A stretch of 64,000 nucleotides of DNA from Alphaproteobacteria bacterium (GTDB lineage Bacteria > Pseudomonadota > Alphaproteobacteria > SHVV01), in contig OZ253470.1 of the NCBI GenBank assembly GCA_965261735.1, forward strand, positions 2,368,001-2,432,000, in the 5' to 3' direction. Below the pieces are notes generated by a model, which ran no database searches, had not been told where the DNA came from, and saw nothing but the letters and a program-made list of their open reading frames with translations. Below, one piece after another: positions 29,576-40,541 of the stretch (the stretch's first letter is position 1; every line of letters begins with the position of its first letter). The translations under genes were made by a program, and so were the position numbers.

Positions 29576-30463
29576 TCACGCCTGGCCGGCGTCGATGATG
29601 CCGCGGCGGATTTCGCGCGTGCGTGCGAACAGCTCGTGGAGCGTCTCGCCCTCACCCCAGCGGATCGCGCGCTGCAGCGCGGTGAGGTCCTCGGTGAAGC
29701 GCCCCAGCATCTCGAGCACTGCCTCGCGGTTGTTGAGGAACACGTCGCGCCACATCACCGGGTCGGACGCGGCGATTCGGGTGAAGTCGCGAAAGCCGCC
29801 GGCGGCGAACTTGATGACCTCGGACTCGGTCACGGTCTCGAGGTCGGCCGCGGTGCCGACGATGTTGTAGGCGATGAGGTGGGGCAGGTGGGAGGTGATG
29901 GCCAGCACCAGGTCGTGGTGCCGCGCCTCCATGATCTCGACCCGCATGCCGACGGCGCGCCAGAACGCGGATGCCTTTTCGACGGCGGCCGGGTCGGCGT
30001 CGGCGGGCGGCGTCAGGATGCACCAGCGGTCCTGGAACAGTTCGGCGAACCCGGCCTCCGGCCCCGAGTGCTCGGTGCCCGCAACCGGGTGGCTGGGCAC
30101 GAGGTGGACGCCGGCCGGCACGTGCGGCCCGAGGTCGCGCAGCACGGCCTGCTTGACCGAGCCCACGTCGGTGAGGAGCGCGCCGGGCGCGAGGTGCGGC
30201 GCGATGGCCTCGGCGAGCGCCGGGTACGTCCCCAGTGGCGAGCACAGTATCACCAGGTCGGCGCCGCTCGCCGCCCGCCCCGGGTCGGCCTCGACGCTGT
30301 CGGCGATGCCGAGCTCCAAAACCTTGTCGAGCGTCGCTCGCGTGCGCGCGCAGGCAACGACGTGGCGCGCCAAACCTTCGCGCTTGACGACCCGGGCGAC
30401 GGACGAGCCGATCAGGCCGATGCCGATCAGGCAGACGCGCTCGAACATCGGCTCGCCGGTCAT
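29576..30463 (-). CDS. tyrC: Cyclohexadienyl (prephenate/arogenate) dehydrogenase
   Basis: GIGLIGSS, DVGSVK, HPVAGTEHSGP, SHLPHLIAY, GFRDFTRIAASDPVMWRD. Confidence 0.93.
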   Translation of the reverse strand: MTGEPMFERVCLIGIGLIGSSVARVVKREGLARHVVACARTRATLDKVLELGIADSVEADPGRAASGADLVILCSPLGTYPALAEAIAPHLAPGALLTDVGSVKQAVLRDLGPHVPAGVHLVPSHPVAGTEHSGPEAGFAELFQDRWCILTPPADADPAAVEKASAFWRAVGMRVEIMEARHHDLVLAITSHLPHLIAYNIVGTAADLETVTESEVIKFAAGGFRDFTRIAASDPVMWRDVFLNNREAVLEMLGRFTEDLTALQRAIRWGEGETLHELFARTREIRRGIIDAGQA

Positions 30464-31554
30464 GCCTGGGCCGCCAGAAACGCGGCCAACGCATCGACGA
30501 CGGCGCGGTTCTCCTCCTCCAGCCCGACTGTGATACGCAGGCAATCGGGCAGGCCGTAGCCCGCCGTGGCACGCACCAGGATGCCGCGCTCGGTGAGATA
30601 GGCGTTCGCGGCCGCCGCACTCGCGGTACCGGCGGGGAAGCGCGCAAGCACGAAGTTGGCGACGCCCGGCACGACCGCGAGGCCGAGCGCCGACAGTGCC
30701 TCGGCGAGCCACGGTCGCCAGGTATCGTTGTGCACCTTGGCGCGGTCGGCGAAGGCGGTGTCGGCCAGGGCCTCGATACCGGCGGCCTGGGCCGGCGAGG
30801 CGACGTTGAACGGGCCGCGTACCCGGTGCAACACATCGGCGACGTCGGGCGCGCAGTAGCACCAGCCGAGACGGAGCGCGGCCAGGCCGTGGAGCTTCGA
30901 GAAGGTCCGCGTCACGACGACGTTGTCGAAAGCGTCGACGAGCTCGTGGCCGGGCGTGTAGTCGTTGCGGTCGACGAACTCTGCGTAAGCCGCATCGATC
31001 ACCAGCAGTACATCGTCGGCAAGCCCGGCACGCAGGCGCCGCAGCTCGAGGGGCGTCAGATAGGTTCCGGTTGGATTGTTGGGGTTGGCGAGAAACACGA
31101 GGCGCGTGCGCCCGCCGGCGCGCGCGAGCAGCGCGTCGACGTCGGCCGTGAAGTCGCGCTCCGGTGCCGCCACGGGCGTCGCGCCAGCGCCGCGGCTCGA
31201 GATGGGGTACATGGCGAAGCCGAACTCGCTGTACAGCACCTCCTCCCCTGGCCCCGCATAGCACCGCGCGAGCAGGCCGATGATCTCGTCCGAGCCCGCG
31301 CCGCACACGATGCGCTCGGGATCGAGACCGTGATGTCGACCGATGGCATCACGTAGCGCGGTGGCCTCCCCGTCGGGGTAGCGATGCAAACTCGCCGCCT
31401 CGCCCCGGTAGGCCGCGACCGCGCGCGGGCTCGGGCCCAGCGCCGACTCGTTGGAGGCCAGCCTGATGGCGCGATCCACGCCGGGGGCGGCGGATCGGCC
31501 GCCGACATAGCGATCGATCTCGAGTATGCCGGGTCGGGGCGTGAGCGGATTCAC
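30460..31554 (-). CDS. hisC: Histidinol-phosphate aminotransferase
   Basis: LASNES, GSDE, NPNNPTG, DAAYAEF, RTFSKLHGLAALRLGW. Confidence 0.93.
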   Translation of the reverse strand: MNPLTPRPGILEIDRYVGGRSAAPGVDRAIRLASNESALGPSPRAVAAYRGEAASLHRYPDGEATALRDAIGRHHGLDPERIVCGAGSDEIIGLLARCYAGPGEEVLYSEFGFAMYPISSRGAGATPVAAPERDFTADVDALLARAGGRTRLVFLANPNNPTGTYLTPLELRRLRAGLADDVLLVIDAAYAEFVDRNDYTPGHELVDAFDNVVVTRTFSKLHGLAALRLGWCYCAPDVADVLHRVRGPFNVASPAQAAGIEALADTAFADRAKVHNDTWRPWLAEALSALGLAVVPGVANFVLARFPAGTASAAAANAYLTERGILVRATAGYGLPDCLRITVGLEEENRAVVDALAAFLAAQA

Positions 31555-31568
31555 GAGCAGGCGACCCC

Positions 31569-32423
31569 TCAAGCGCCGCCGCGTGCGGCAAACGGCACCG
31601 CGTAGCCACCGATTGGGACGACCGCCCGGGCGATACCGCGCGCGCCCTGGATGAGGGCCGCGAAACGCTCGTCCTCGTCGGCGACGTAACCGGCGAGCTC
31701 GACGAGGCCCTTGCGCCGCGATGCGCGGCCCGCCATGGCGATCACGCGCGCCTCAAAACTGGCGCGGGCGAGCGCGGCCGACAACCTGGGTCGCGTCATC
31801 GTGGCAGCGCCGGTGACGATGCACAGGCTCACGTCCTCGCCCGTGGCACCGCGCTCGCACGGCGCCACCGCGAGCGCGGCCGGCCCGCGGCGGCCCGCCG
31901 CACGGTCGCAAAACGGCAGCCGCGCGAAGACGCGCACGCCGCCGCGCGCGAGGCCCGGCCACCACGGCGCCGCCTCGCGCCCGCGCGGCAGCGGCAGCAC
32001 CCCGACAAGGCCCTTTTGCCGGCGCACCTCGGCCAGCACACGCGCGGCCGCGCGGTAGGGCACGAGCGGCGTCGCCGAGCCGAAGTGATCGCGCGCCAGG
32101 TCCCAGGAGGCGAAGCCGTGGGCGGGCGCGGCGACGGCAACGGCGAGTGGCATCTGTCGGCGCACGGCGGCGCTGATGATCTCGCGCCACAGGCGGCCGA
32201 TGACGGCGGCCGAAGGGGGCTCCCGGTGCCGTGTCAGCAGGCGCCGCAGGATAGCCGCCTCGCGGGCCGGAAACATGATATTTGCCATAGTCGTGCCGCC
32301 GCGCTTGGCGGCCGATACCCTGGCCACGAGGGCGCTGCGCCGCATCAGGAGGTCGTGAAGGGCCTCGTCGACGCCATCGATTTCGCGGCGAAGCGCGGCG
32401 AGCGCCGTTTGATTTGCGTCCAT
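31569..32423 (-). CDS. Chorismate mutase (AroQ-type) with C-terminal extension
   Basis: LAALRREIDGVD..LHDLL..R, PAREA.ILRRL, LWREII, ARDHFG; upstream of hisC-tyrC. Confidence 0.85.
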   Translation of the reverse strand: MDANQTALAALRREIDGVDEALHDLLMRRSALVARVSAAKRGGTTMANIMFPAREAAILRRLLTRHREPPSAAVIGRLWREIISAAVRRQMPLAVAVAAPAHGFASWDLARDHFGSATPLVPYRAAARVLAEVRRQKGLVGVLPLPRGREAAPWWPGLARGGVRVFARLPFCDRAAGRRGPAALAVAPCERGATGEDVSLCIVTGAATMTRPRLSAALARASFEARVIAMAGRASRRKGLVELAGYVADEDERFAALIQGARGIARAVVPIGGYAVPFAARGGA

Positions 32424-32560
32424 GATGCCCGTGTCGCGCGACCGCCAGGGAGCGGTAGTGATAGACTGGGGCGCCAGCAAAATCAAAGCAAACGTTGACA
32501 ATTGGAGCACCGTATCCAACTTATGGCGTACTTTTTCGACGGTCCGAATTCGGCGAGAAG

Positions 32561-33736
32561 ATGAGCGAGCTGCTGGCGCAAACGCCGGGCGCCAAAGGGC
32601 GTGCTGCAAAGGAAGGCCCACGCGTCGTCCTCGGCACCGAGGCGCCACTCACGTTGGATTGCGGCGTCGACCTCGGGCCCTTCACCGCCGCCTACGAGAC
32701 CTACGGCGAGCTCAACGCCGACAAGTCGAACGCGATTCTCGTCTGCCACGCGCTATCGGGCGACCAGCACGCGGCTGGCACCCATCCCCTTACGGGAAAG
32801 CCGGGCTGGTGGCACCTGGCGATCGGCCCCGGGCTGCCGCTCGATCCCGACCGCCACTTCATCATTTGCGTCAACGTGCTGGGCGGCTGCATGGGGACGA
32901 TCGGGCCCTCCGAGATCAACCCCGCGACCGGCCGCGCCTATGGCCTCGACTTCCCCATCATCACCGTCCGCGATATGGTGCGCGCGCAGGCCATGCTGCT
33001 CGATCAGCTGGAGATCCCCGACCTGTTCTGCGTCATCGGCGGGTCGATGGGGGCGATGCAGGTCCTGCAGTGGGCCGCGAGCTTTCCCGATCGGGTGTTC
33101 AGCGCCGTACCGATTGCCGGCGCGGCCCGCCATTCGGCACAGAACATCGCCTTTCACGAGGTCGGGCGGCAGGCCATCATCGCCGATCCCGAATGGCAGG
33201 GCGGCGACTACATCGAGCGCGGCACCAACCCGCGCAAGGGGCTCGCGGTGGCGCGCATGGCGGCCCACATCACCTACCTCTCCGAGGCCGCGCTGCGCCG
33301 CAAGTTCGGTCGCAAGCTGCAGGACCGCGCCAACATCACCTATGGCTTCGACGCCGACTTCCAGGTCGAGAGCTACCTCCGCCACCAGGGCATCAGCTTC
33401 GTCGACCGCTTCGACGCCAACTCGTACCTCTACATCACGCGGGCGATGGACTATTTCGATCTCGCCGCCGACCACGGTGGCAAGCTCGCCGCGGTGTTCC
33501 GAGGCAACCAAGCGCGCTTCTGCCTGATCTCGTTCACCAGCGACTGGCTATTCCCGACGTCCGAGACGTTAGAAATCGTCCACGCGCTGAACGCCAGCGC
33601 GGCAAACGTGAGCTTTGTCGAGATCGAAACCGACAAGGGGCACGATGCGTTTCTGCTCGACGAGCCGGAGTTTCACTCCACCCTCAAGGGCTTCCTCGAG
33701 GGAGCGGCCGATCACCGCGGCCTCGAACGTCGGTGA
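32561..33736 (+). CDS. metX: Homoserine O-acyltransferase
   Basis: AYETYG.LN, CHALSGD, GGSMG, FDANSYL, GHDAFLL. Confidence 0.95.
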   Translation: MSELLAQTPGAKGRAAKEGPRVVLGTEAPLTLDCGVDLGPFTAAYETYGELNADKSNAILVCHALSGDQHAAGTHPLTGKPGWWHLAIGPGLPLDPDRHFIICVNVLGGCMGTIGPSEINPATGRAYGLDFPIITVRDMVRAQAMLLDQLEIPDLFCVIGGSMGAMQVLQWAASFPDRVFSAVPIAGAARHSAQNIAFHEVGRQAIIADPEWQGGDYIERGTNPRKGLAVARMAAHITYLSEAALRRKFGRKLQDRANITYGFDADFQVESYLRHQGISFVDRFDANSYLYITRAMDYFDLAADHGGKLAAVFRGNQARFCLISFTSDWLFPTSETLEIVHALNASAANVSFVEIETDKGHDAFLLDEPEFHSTLKGFLEGAADHRGLERR

Positions 33737-34368
33737 CCCTGCCCGCCCCGTTGATACGGCCCGGCGCCATCCGGGTCGATCTGCTGTTGATCGCCGACAT
33801 GATCGAGCCGGAATCGCGCGTGCTCGACATCGGTTGCGGCGACGGCACCCTGCTGCACTATCTCCAGCGCAGCAAGAGCGTCGACGGCCGCGGCATGGAT
33901 TTGAGCCAGACCGCGGTCAAGGAGTGCGTGAGCCACGGTCTTGCCGTCATCCAGGGCGACGCCGACGAGGACCTCTCGGATTACCCGGCGCAGGCCTTCG
34001 ACTGCGTCGTCCTCAGCCAGACGCTACAAGCGACGCACAATCCGCGCCGCGTAGTCGAGGAGCTCGTGCGCATCGGCCGCTACGCCATCGTCTCGCTACC
34101 CAACTTCGGCTATTGGCGGGTGCGCTGGAACCTGCTCGCGGCCGGACGCATGCCCGTGACCCGGACGCTCAATTACCACTGGTACGAGACGCCCAACATC
34201 CACATGTGCACGATCCGCGACTTCGTCATTCTGTGCCGCGACATGGGTGTCACCATCGAACAACACATCCTCGTCAACCACCGCGGTCGCGCGGGCGTGT
34301 TTCAGTCGCTCGGGGCGCTCGGCAACCTATTCGGCGAACAGAGCCTGTTTCGCCTCAGCCACCGCTAG
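33733..34368 (+). CDS. metW: Methionine biosynthesis protein MetW
   Basis: [30 protein letters not shown]; overlaps the metX stop. Confidence 0.93.
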   Translation: MTLPAPLIRPGAIRVDLLLIADMIEPESRVLDIGCGDGTLLHYLQRSKSVDGRGMDLSQTAVKECVSHGLAVIQGDADEDLSDYPAQAFDCVVLSQTLQATHNPRRVVEELVRIGRYAIVSLPNFGYWRVRWNLLAAGRMPVTRTLNYHWYETPNIHMCTIRDFVILCRDMGVTIEQHILVNHRGRAGVFQSLGALGNLFGEQSLFRLSHR

Positions 34369-35143
34369 CGGCGGCGGGCTCGCGGCGCCGGGGCGAACAC
34401 GAGGCGGGGGTGCCGCTGCGCCGCGCGGCCGCGGGAATCAGCACCGGCGCTCGCCGGCGCTCGGCCGGCGCGCGGTGCGCCGCCGTCAGCGCGTAAATCT
34501 GCTTGCTCGCCTCGACGACGAGAACGCCCGAGAAGACCTGGCCCCAGCGTGCGCCAATATTCTCGAACGCTGACGCGGCTCGGATCAGGGTGCGCCACCG
34601 GGTTGGCGGTAGATAGAGGGCGCGCGCGGTCAGCTCGGGCGAGAACATGGTGTCGCGCAGTAGACGGTTGAGCTGTCGCGGGCTGAACGGAAAACCGTAG
34701 CCGAACGGGGTCCGCTCGACCCGCGCCCAGATGCCGCGGCGGTTCGGCACGACAACGATGAGGCGACCGCTCGGCGAGAGCACGCGCCAGACCTCGCGCA
34801 GCATGGGCCGTACCTGCTCGCTCGTCTCGATCGCGTGAACCATGAGGATACGGTCGATCGAGCTATCCTCGAGCGGCAGCTCGGCTTCGTCACTGAGCGT
34901 CACTAGGCCGGGCTCGGCGCGCGGCCAGCGCACGACCCCTTGCGCCGCCGGCATGAGCGCAACGACGCGCTCGGCGTCGGCGAGAAACGGCAGCAGGTAG
35001 GGCGTCGCATAACCGAGACCGAGGAGCTTGAGGCCCCCCATCTGCGGCCATATCGCGCGGACACGGCGGCGGATGAGGCGGCATGCGACTTGCCCCAGGG
35101 GCGACGCATAGAATTGGCTGAAATCAACGACGTCAGGCCGCAT
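34355..35143 (-). CDS. Class I SAM-dependent methyltransferase (YafS-like)
   Basis: FYASPLG, LGLGYATPY, MPAAQGV..WP, PNRRGIWAR..TPFG. Confidence 0.88.
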   Translation of the reverse strand: MRPDVVDFSQFYASPLGQVACRLIRRRVRAIWPQMGGLKLLGLGYATPYLLPFLADAERVVALMPAAQGVVRWPRAEPGLVTLSDEAELPLEDSSIDRILMVHAIETSEQVRPMLREVWRVLSPSGRLIVVVPNRRGIWARVERTPFGYGFPFSPRQLNRLLRDTMFSPELTARALYLPPTRWRTLIRAASAFENIGARWGQVFSGVLVVEASKQIYALTAAHRAPAERRRAPVLIPAAARRSGTPASCSPRRREPAAASGG

Positions 35144-35233
35144 AGCGGCAAACTCTAGCATACGCGAGCCGGCCGCGGTCACGTTGGCGGGCGGTCCCGC
35201 GCGGCGGCGGACGAGCCGGTTCGGCGCTTCGCA

Positions 35234-35262
35234 TTGACCGCCCCGGCCGCCCGCGCCACACT
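35234..35262 (+). promoter_or_regulatory. Putative promoter of the first Rieske unit
   Basis: TTGACC-N17-CACACT; a similar TTGACC-N17-CAGCAT lies at 40453-40481 before the second unit. Confidence 0.35.
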
Positions 35263-35303
35263 AGGTGGTCACGTTTGGAACCGGCGGTCCCCGGAGGCAC
35301 TCC

Positions 35304-36473
35304 ATGTCGATCACTGCGCTGCGCACAAAGAGCAAGTTTCACCCCGATCCCGAGCAGTCCTACACGCTGCCCGGCACCTACTATTTCGACCCCGACATCT
35401 ACGAGCGCGAGCGCGAGGAGATCTTCTTCAAGACCTGGCAGTTCGCGGGCTATCTCGCCGACCTCGAGAACCCCGGCGACTTCATCACCATGGACCTCCT
35501 GGATCAGAGGATCGTGATCGTCCGAGATCGGAAGCGGCGTTTGCGCGCCTTCTACAACGTGTGCGCCCATCGCGGTCACACGCTCCTCGAGGGCAAGGGC
35601 AACAGGCGCATGATTACCTGCCCGTTCCATGCCTGGACGTACGATCTCGAGGGCAACCTCAAGGCGGCCGGCAACTCGGAGAACGTGGCCGGCTTCGATG
35701 CGGACGAATTCTGCCTCTCGGAGGTTCGCGTCGAGGAGTTCCTCCACATGGTGTTCGTCAATCTCGATACGGGCGCCGCAACGCTGGAGAGCCAGGCCGC
35801 GGGGTTGGCCAAGGAGATACGCGAAACGGTACCGAATTTCGATCAGCTCAAGTTCGCCCGCCGCGATACTTACGAGATCAAGGCCAACTGGAAGTTCATC
35901 TTCGATCAGCTCGAGTGCTATCACTGCCCGCATCTGCATCCCCAGGTCATGGGCCGCGATGATTCCTACATGGACACCAACTGGGAGTCCGTGGAGCATG
36001 GAATCTGGGCCACCCACATCGCGCGTGGCGGCCCCGACATTCTCGAAAAGATCGCGAAAAAGCTGCCCTACGACATCGGCGGCCAATCGATGGTGAAGGA
36101 TGTTTTCATCTGGTACCTGTGGCCCAACCTGTTCCTCGAGACACACCACGGCCCGAGCAACTTTAAGGTCGCGGTGGCGGGGCCGACGGGCGTCGAGGTC
36201 TCGATCCGGCATATGGACCACTTCTGCATCGACGATCCGCCCACGGCCTACAACATCGCGCAGATGGACAACCACATGCAGGTCGCCGTGCCGCAGGACC
36301 TCAAGGCCATGGAAATGCAGCAGCTCGGCGTTCACGCCCGCGGCTACACGCAGGGCCGCCTGATGGTCGACAAGGAGCGCTCGTGGCAGAGCGAGCACGG
36401 CGTCCATCATTTCGACAACCTGGTGTGGAACGCGCTCCACGGCGATAGCTACGACATCGATCCGGCGGCCTAA
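35304..36473 (+). CDS. Rieske non-heme iron oxygenase alpha subunit, CntA/YeaW-like, paralog 1
   Basis: CAHRG...CPFH Rieske ligands; ECYHC..LHP and PQD iron ligands; GYTQGRLMVD..SEH. Confidence 0.9.
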   Translation: MSITALRTKSKFHPDPEQSYTLPGTYYFDPDIYEREREEIFFKTWQFAGYLADLENPGDFITMDLLDQRIVIVRDRKRRLRAFYNVCAHRGHTLLEGKGNRRMITCPFHAWTYDLEGNLKAAGNSENVAGFDADEFCLSEVRVEEFLHMVFVNLDTGAATLESQAAGLAKEIRETVPNFDQLKFARRDTYEIKANWKFIFDQLECYHCPHLHPQVMGRDDSYMDTNWESVEHGIWATHIARGGPDILEKIAKKLPYDIGGQSMVKDVFIWYLWPNLFLETHHGPSNFKVAVAGPTGVEVSIRHMDHFCIDDPPTAYNIAQMDNHMQVAVPQDLKAMEMQQLGVHARGYTQGRLMVDKERSWQSEHGVHHFDNLVWNALHGDSYDIDPAA

Positions 36474-36537
36474 GCGCCCCGCATGCATCAGGCCTAAACG
36501 GCCCTCGCCAGGTCGAAGGGGCCAGAGGAGATAAGGC

Positions 36538-37683
36538 ATGGCCGGCGGTTCGGCGCTGAAGACCAAGAGCGGATTCCATCCCGACCCGGAGCACTCGTAC
36601 ACGCTGCCGGCGCACTACTACTACGACCGGGAGATCGAAACCCGGGAGCGCGAGGCTATCTGGTTCAAGACCTGGCAGCTGGTCGGCTACACCGCCGACC
36701 TCGGGTCCACGGGTAGCTTCATCACCGAAACCATCCTCGACCAGCCGGTGTTCGTGGTGCGCGGTAGGGACGGGGACTTGCGTGCCTACTACAACGTGTG
36801 CATGCACCGCGGGCATATCCTGCTCGAGGGCAAGGGCGACGTGCGCATGATTACCTGCCCGTTCCACGCCTGGACCTATGATCTCGAGGGCAACCTCAGG
36901 GCCGCAGGGAACTCGGAGAACGTCGCCGGGTTCGATGCGGGAGACTTCTGCCTGCCGGAGATCGGCGTCGAGGAGTTCGCGGGCATGGTGTTCGTCAACC
37001 TCGATGCGGAGGCGCCGTCGCTCGCCAGCCAGGCACCCGGGTTGGCCGAGGATTTTAGCGCTTCGGTGCCGCACTTCGATGCGCTCACCTTCGTGCGCCG
37101 CGATCCGTACACTATCGAGGCCAACTGGAAGTTCATCCCCGACCAGAACGAATGCTACCACTGCCCCAGCCTGCACCCGCAGGCGATGGGCACCAAGGAG
37201 ACCTACCTGCAGCCGAGCTGGGAGACCACCGACCACGGCATGTGGTCGAAACACGTTGTGCGCGGCAACCGCGCGGTCAAACCGGAGAATCTCCCCTACG
37301 GCTACAGTCCCGACGACGCGATCCAGGACGTCAACATCTGGTTCCTGTTTCCCAACCTGATCTTCCTCACCCACCAGGGCCCGAGCAACTTCAAGGTCAC
37401 GCGCATCATGCCGACGGGAGCCGAGACGGCGACCCAGACCATCGACAATTTCTGCCACAACGACCCGGCTACCGACATCGACATCGGCACGATGGACAAC
37501 TACCGCGACGTCGTGATTCCGCAGGACGTCCCGGCCATGGAGCAGCAACAGCTCGGCGTGCGTGCGCGCGGTTACACCCAAGGGCGCCTGATGTGCGACC
37601 GCGAGGTCTCGTGGCGCAGCGAGCACGGGACGCACTTCTTCGACAATCTGGTGTGGCGGGCGCTCAACGGCGATCGCTATTAG
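36538..37683 (+). CDS. Rieske oxygenase alpha subunit, paralog 2
   Basis: CMHRG...CPFH; ECYHCPSLHP; PQD. Confidence 0.9.
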   Translation: MAGGSALKTKSGFHPDPEHSYTLPAHYYYDREIETREREAIWFKTWQLVGYTADLGSTGSFITETILDQPVFVVRGRDGDLRAYYNVCMHRGHILLEGKGDVRMITCPFHAWTYDLEGNLRAAGNSENVAGFDAGDFCLPEIGVEEFAGMVFVNLDAEAPSLASQAPGLAEDFSASVPHFDALTFVRRDPYTIEANWKFIPDQNECYHCPSLHPQAMGTKETYLQPSWETTDHGMWSKHVVRGNRAVKPENLPYGYSPDDAIQDVNIWFLFPNLIFLTHQGPSNFKVTRIMPTGAETATQTIDNFCHNDPATDIDIGTMDNYRDVVIPQDVPAMEQQQLGVRARGYTQGRLMCDREVSWRSEHGTHFFDNLVWRALNGDRY

Positions 37684-37717
37684 TCGAGCGCGCCGGCTCG
37701 CTACTGGAGGGGAACAG

Positions 37718-38521
37718 ATGGCAGGGAAGGCAGCCAAGAGGACGGCACGCGCAAAGCGCAAGGTCGCGATCGTCACCGGCGGCGGCACCGGGCTCGGGCG
37801 CTCCTGCGCCAACGTGTTGACGCGCGAAGGTTATGCGGTCGCGATCGTCGGGCGCCGGGCAGCAAAGCTCAAGCCGAAGCGCGGCGAAACGTTGTACCCC
37901 TACGTGTGCGACGTTGCCGACCGGGCCCAGATCCGAGCCACCGTCAAGGCCGTGCTCGCCGATTTCGGGCGCCTCGACGCGCTCGTGAACGGGGCCGGCT
38001 CGGTGCGCATCAAGAAGGCGGAGAACGTTACCCAGGACGACATCGACAGCCTGATCGGCACCAACCTCGTCGGCACGATGAACTTCTGCTACGCCTGTGT
38101 GCCGGCATTGCGCAAGGCGCGCGGCACCATCGTCAACATGAGCTCCAGCATCGCCTATCGCCCGTCGGCCGAAAGCAGCATCTACGCCGCCACCAAGGGC
38201 GGCGTCGAATCTTTCACCAAGGCCCTCGCGGTCGAGCTCGCGCCGCGCGTGCGCGTCAATACGGTCAGCCCGGGGCTCGTGCGCAGCGAGGTCTATCTCG
38301 CCGCCGGCATGGACGCCAAGACTTACAAGAACCTGCTGAAGTGGGCCGGCAGCCTCTATCTTATGGGACGCGCGGGCGAGCCAGAGGACGTCGCCGAGCT
38401 CGTCGCTTTTCTCGCTTCCGACAAGGCGTCCTGGATCACCGGCCTGTGTATCCCGGTCGACGGCGGCTACAGCGTCGGCCAGACCATCGAGGTGCCGCGG
38501 ACCGAGCTCCACGGCTCGTAG
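37718..38521 (+). CDS. SDR family oxidoreductase
   Basis: TGGGTGLG, NGAG, YAATK, VSPG. Confidence 0.9.
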   Translation: MAGKAAKRTARAKRKVAIVTGGGTGLGRSCANVLTREGYAVAIVGRRAAKLKPKRGETLYPYVCDVADRAQIRATVKAVLADFGRLDALVNGAGSVRIKKAENVTQDDIDSLIGTNLVGTMNFCYACVPALRKARGTIVNMSSSIAYRPSAESSIYAATKGGVESFTKALAVELAPRVRVNTVSPGLVRSEVYLAAGMDAKTYKNLLKWAGSLYLMGRAGEPEDVAELVAFLASDKASWITGLCIPVDGGYSVGQTIEVPRTELHGS

Positions 38522-38608
38522 GGCGGGCCGCAACCCGGCCCGGTTCCTCCGCGTCCGTCACCGGCGCTGTCATGGCGACGTCGGCAGGCGGCAACCAAGG
38601 AGCGTCCG

Positions 38609-39448
38609 ATCAGTAGCTACGAGGCGTACGACAAAACTGCATGCAACTATGACGCGACGCGCGGGCCAATTGGCATCGAGATCATCCTCGGCTGTCTCGC
38701 TCGCGGGATTTCGCCGCTGAACGAGCTCACCGTCCTCGACGCCGGCTGCGGCACGGGCAACTACGCCGCGCAGTTGGCGCCCAACGTCCATCGCCTCACG
38801 GGCGTCGATTTCAGCGCGGGCATGTTGGCGGTCGCCGCGGGCAAATTGGCGCCCCACATCAGCGCCGGCCGTTGCGCGCTGCATCGCGCCGACATTCTCG
38901 GGCTTCCCTTCGCGGACGGCGCCTTCCACGCCGTCACCGTCAATCAGGTGCTTCACCACCTGCCCGACGATCCCGCGGCCGGCTACCCCGTACTCAGGCG
39001 TGCGCTGCGCGAGTTCGCCCGCGTGCTCAAACCCGGCGGGAGCCTGGTCGTCAACACCTGCGACCAGCATCAGCTCAGGGAGGGGTACTGGTTCCTCGCG
39101 TTGGTGCCGGCGGCGATGGAGGCGCTCGCGGTCCGGCTCGCCCCCCTCGAGACCCTGGTTGAAATCGCCGGCGAGACCGGTTTCGGCGCCCGCGGGCGAT
39201 TCGTACCGGTCGACGCCGTTGTCCAGGGAGAGCGCTACTTCGATCCGCGCGGGCCGCTGAGCGAGGAATGGCGCGACGGCGACTCGACCTGGGCGCTGGT
39301 GCCCGAGACCGAGCTAGCGCAAGTTTGCGCGCGCCTGAGTTCATTGGATGCGGGTGGCGAGCTCGAGGCCTTTGTGCGGCGGCTCGACGCGCGGCGCCCG
39401 CAAATCGGCCAGATCACGATCCTGCATTTGGTCAAGAAGGCGACTTGA
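38609..39448 (+). CDS. Class I SAM-dependent methyltransferase with an apparent ATC start
   Basis: The frame carries VLDAGCGTG upstream of the first TTG at 38774; AAGGAG-N6-ATC at 38597-38611 opens (I)SSYEAYDKTA. Confidence 0.7.
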   Translation: MSSYEAYDKTACNYDATRGPIGIEIILGCLARGISPLNELTVLDAGCGTGNYAAQLAPNVHRLTGVDFSAGMLAVAAGKLAPHISAGRCALHRADILGLPFADGAFHAVTVNQVLHHLPDDPAAGYPVLRRALREFARVLKPGGSLVVNTCDQHQLREGYWFLALVPAAMEALAVRLAPLETLVEIAGETGFGARGRFVPVDAVVQGERYFDPRGPLSEEWRDGDSTWALVPETELAQVCARLSSLDAGGELEAFVRRLDARRPQIGQITILHLVKKAT

Positions 39449-39473
39449 GCGGGCCGGCGAGGAGGCAAGCGAC

Positions 39474-40406
39474 ATGCAGAAGCGCACGTTGGGCAAGACC
39501 GGGCTGGAGGTGTCGGCCCTCGGGTTCGGGGGTGCTCCGGTCGGTTACCTGGAGACGGATCGGCGTCAAGCCACCGAGATCCTCAATACCCTCCTCGATC
39601 GCGGCGTCAACCTGATCGACACCGCCGCGAGCTACGCGGGCTCCGAAGAGGTGATCGGCCAGGCCATCGGGCAGCGGCGCGACGAGTACGTCCTGGTCTC
39701 GAAATGTGGTCAGGCCTTCGATGACATCGAGGGCGAGGCGTGGTCGGCAGCGGCCATCGGACAGACCGTGGACCGCGCCCTTCGCCGTCTGAAGACCGAT
39801 CATCTCGACGTCATGCTGCTGCACTCGTGTGGCATCGAGACGCTGAAGACGGGTGAGGCGATCGGGGCGCTCGCGCACGCGCTCGAGGCGGGCAAGGTCC
39901 GCTACGCCGGCTATTCCGGCGATAACGAGGCCGCGGCCTACGCCGCCCAACTCGACGTCGTCTCGGTGATCGAGACCTCCGTCAGCATCTGCGACCAGGC
40001 CAACATCGATGCCGTCCTGCCGGAGACCCGGCGCAACGACATCGGCGTCTTGGCGAAGCGGCCGATTGCCAACGCGGCCTGGAAGGACCCTTCCGAGCAG
40101 CCGGGCATCTATGCCGGCTACGCACGAACCTACACCGAGCGATTGGCGAAGATGGGCATCACGCCGGAAGAGCTCGGCTTCGAGGGCGCGGGCTCCGAGG
40201 CGTGGCCCGAGCTCGCCCTGAGGTTCACGCTTTCGCACCCCGGGGTGTCGACGGCGATCGTGGGTACGACGAAGCTCGCGAGCGTCGAGGACAACATCGC
40301 CGCGGCCGCGAAGGGGCCACTATCGGTCGACGTCGTCACCGCGCTGCGGCAGGCATTTCAGCGTGCCGAGGCGGCAGCCGGCGAGAAGTGGACCGGCCAG
40401 ACCTAG
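39474..40406 (+). CDS. Aldo/keto reductase
   Basis: RTLGKTGLEVSALGFG, IDTAASY, SKCG, LRRLKTDHLD..LLH. Confidence 0.9.
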   Translation: MQKRTLGKTGLEVSALGFGGAPVGYLETDRRQATEILNTLLDRGVNLIDTAASYAGSEEVIGQAIGQRRDEYVLVSKCGQAFDDIEGEAWSAAAIGQTVDRALRRLKTDHLDVMLLHSCGIETLKTGEAIGALAHALEAGKVRYAGYSGDNEAAAYAAQLDVVSVIETSVSICDQANIDAVLPETRRNDIGVLAKRPIANAAWKDPSEQPGIYAGYARTYTERLAKMGITPEELGFEGAGSEAWPELALRFTLSHPGVSTAIVGTTKLASVEDNIAAAAKGPLSVDVVTALRQAFQRAEAAAGEKWTGQT

Positions 40407-40541
40407 TCCCCAATTCGGATCGGGCCGCGCGCCGTGAGTCGGCGCCCCTCGGTTGACCGGGGTTGCGGTTTGGTTCAGCATGGGGTTGTGCGGTCGTAGT
40501 GTGCCTGCCACACCTCTTTACACGATTCCGGGAGTAAGATC

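Noticed and set aside
32424-32560. SAM-II riboswitch expected upstream of metX
   Set aside because: I could not find its conserved elements; only a TTGACA hexamer at 32495 is visible
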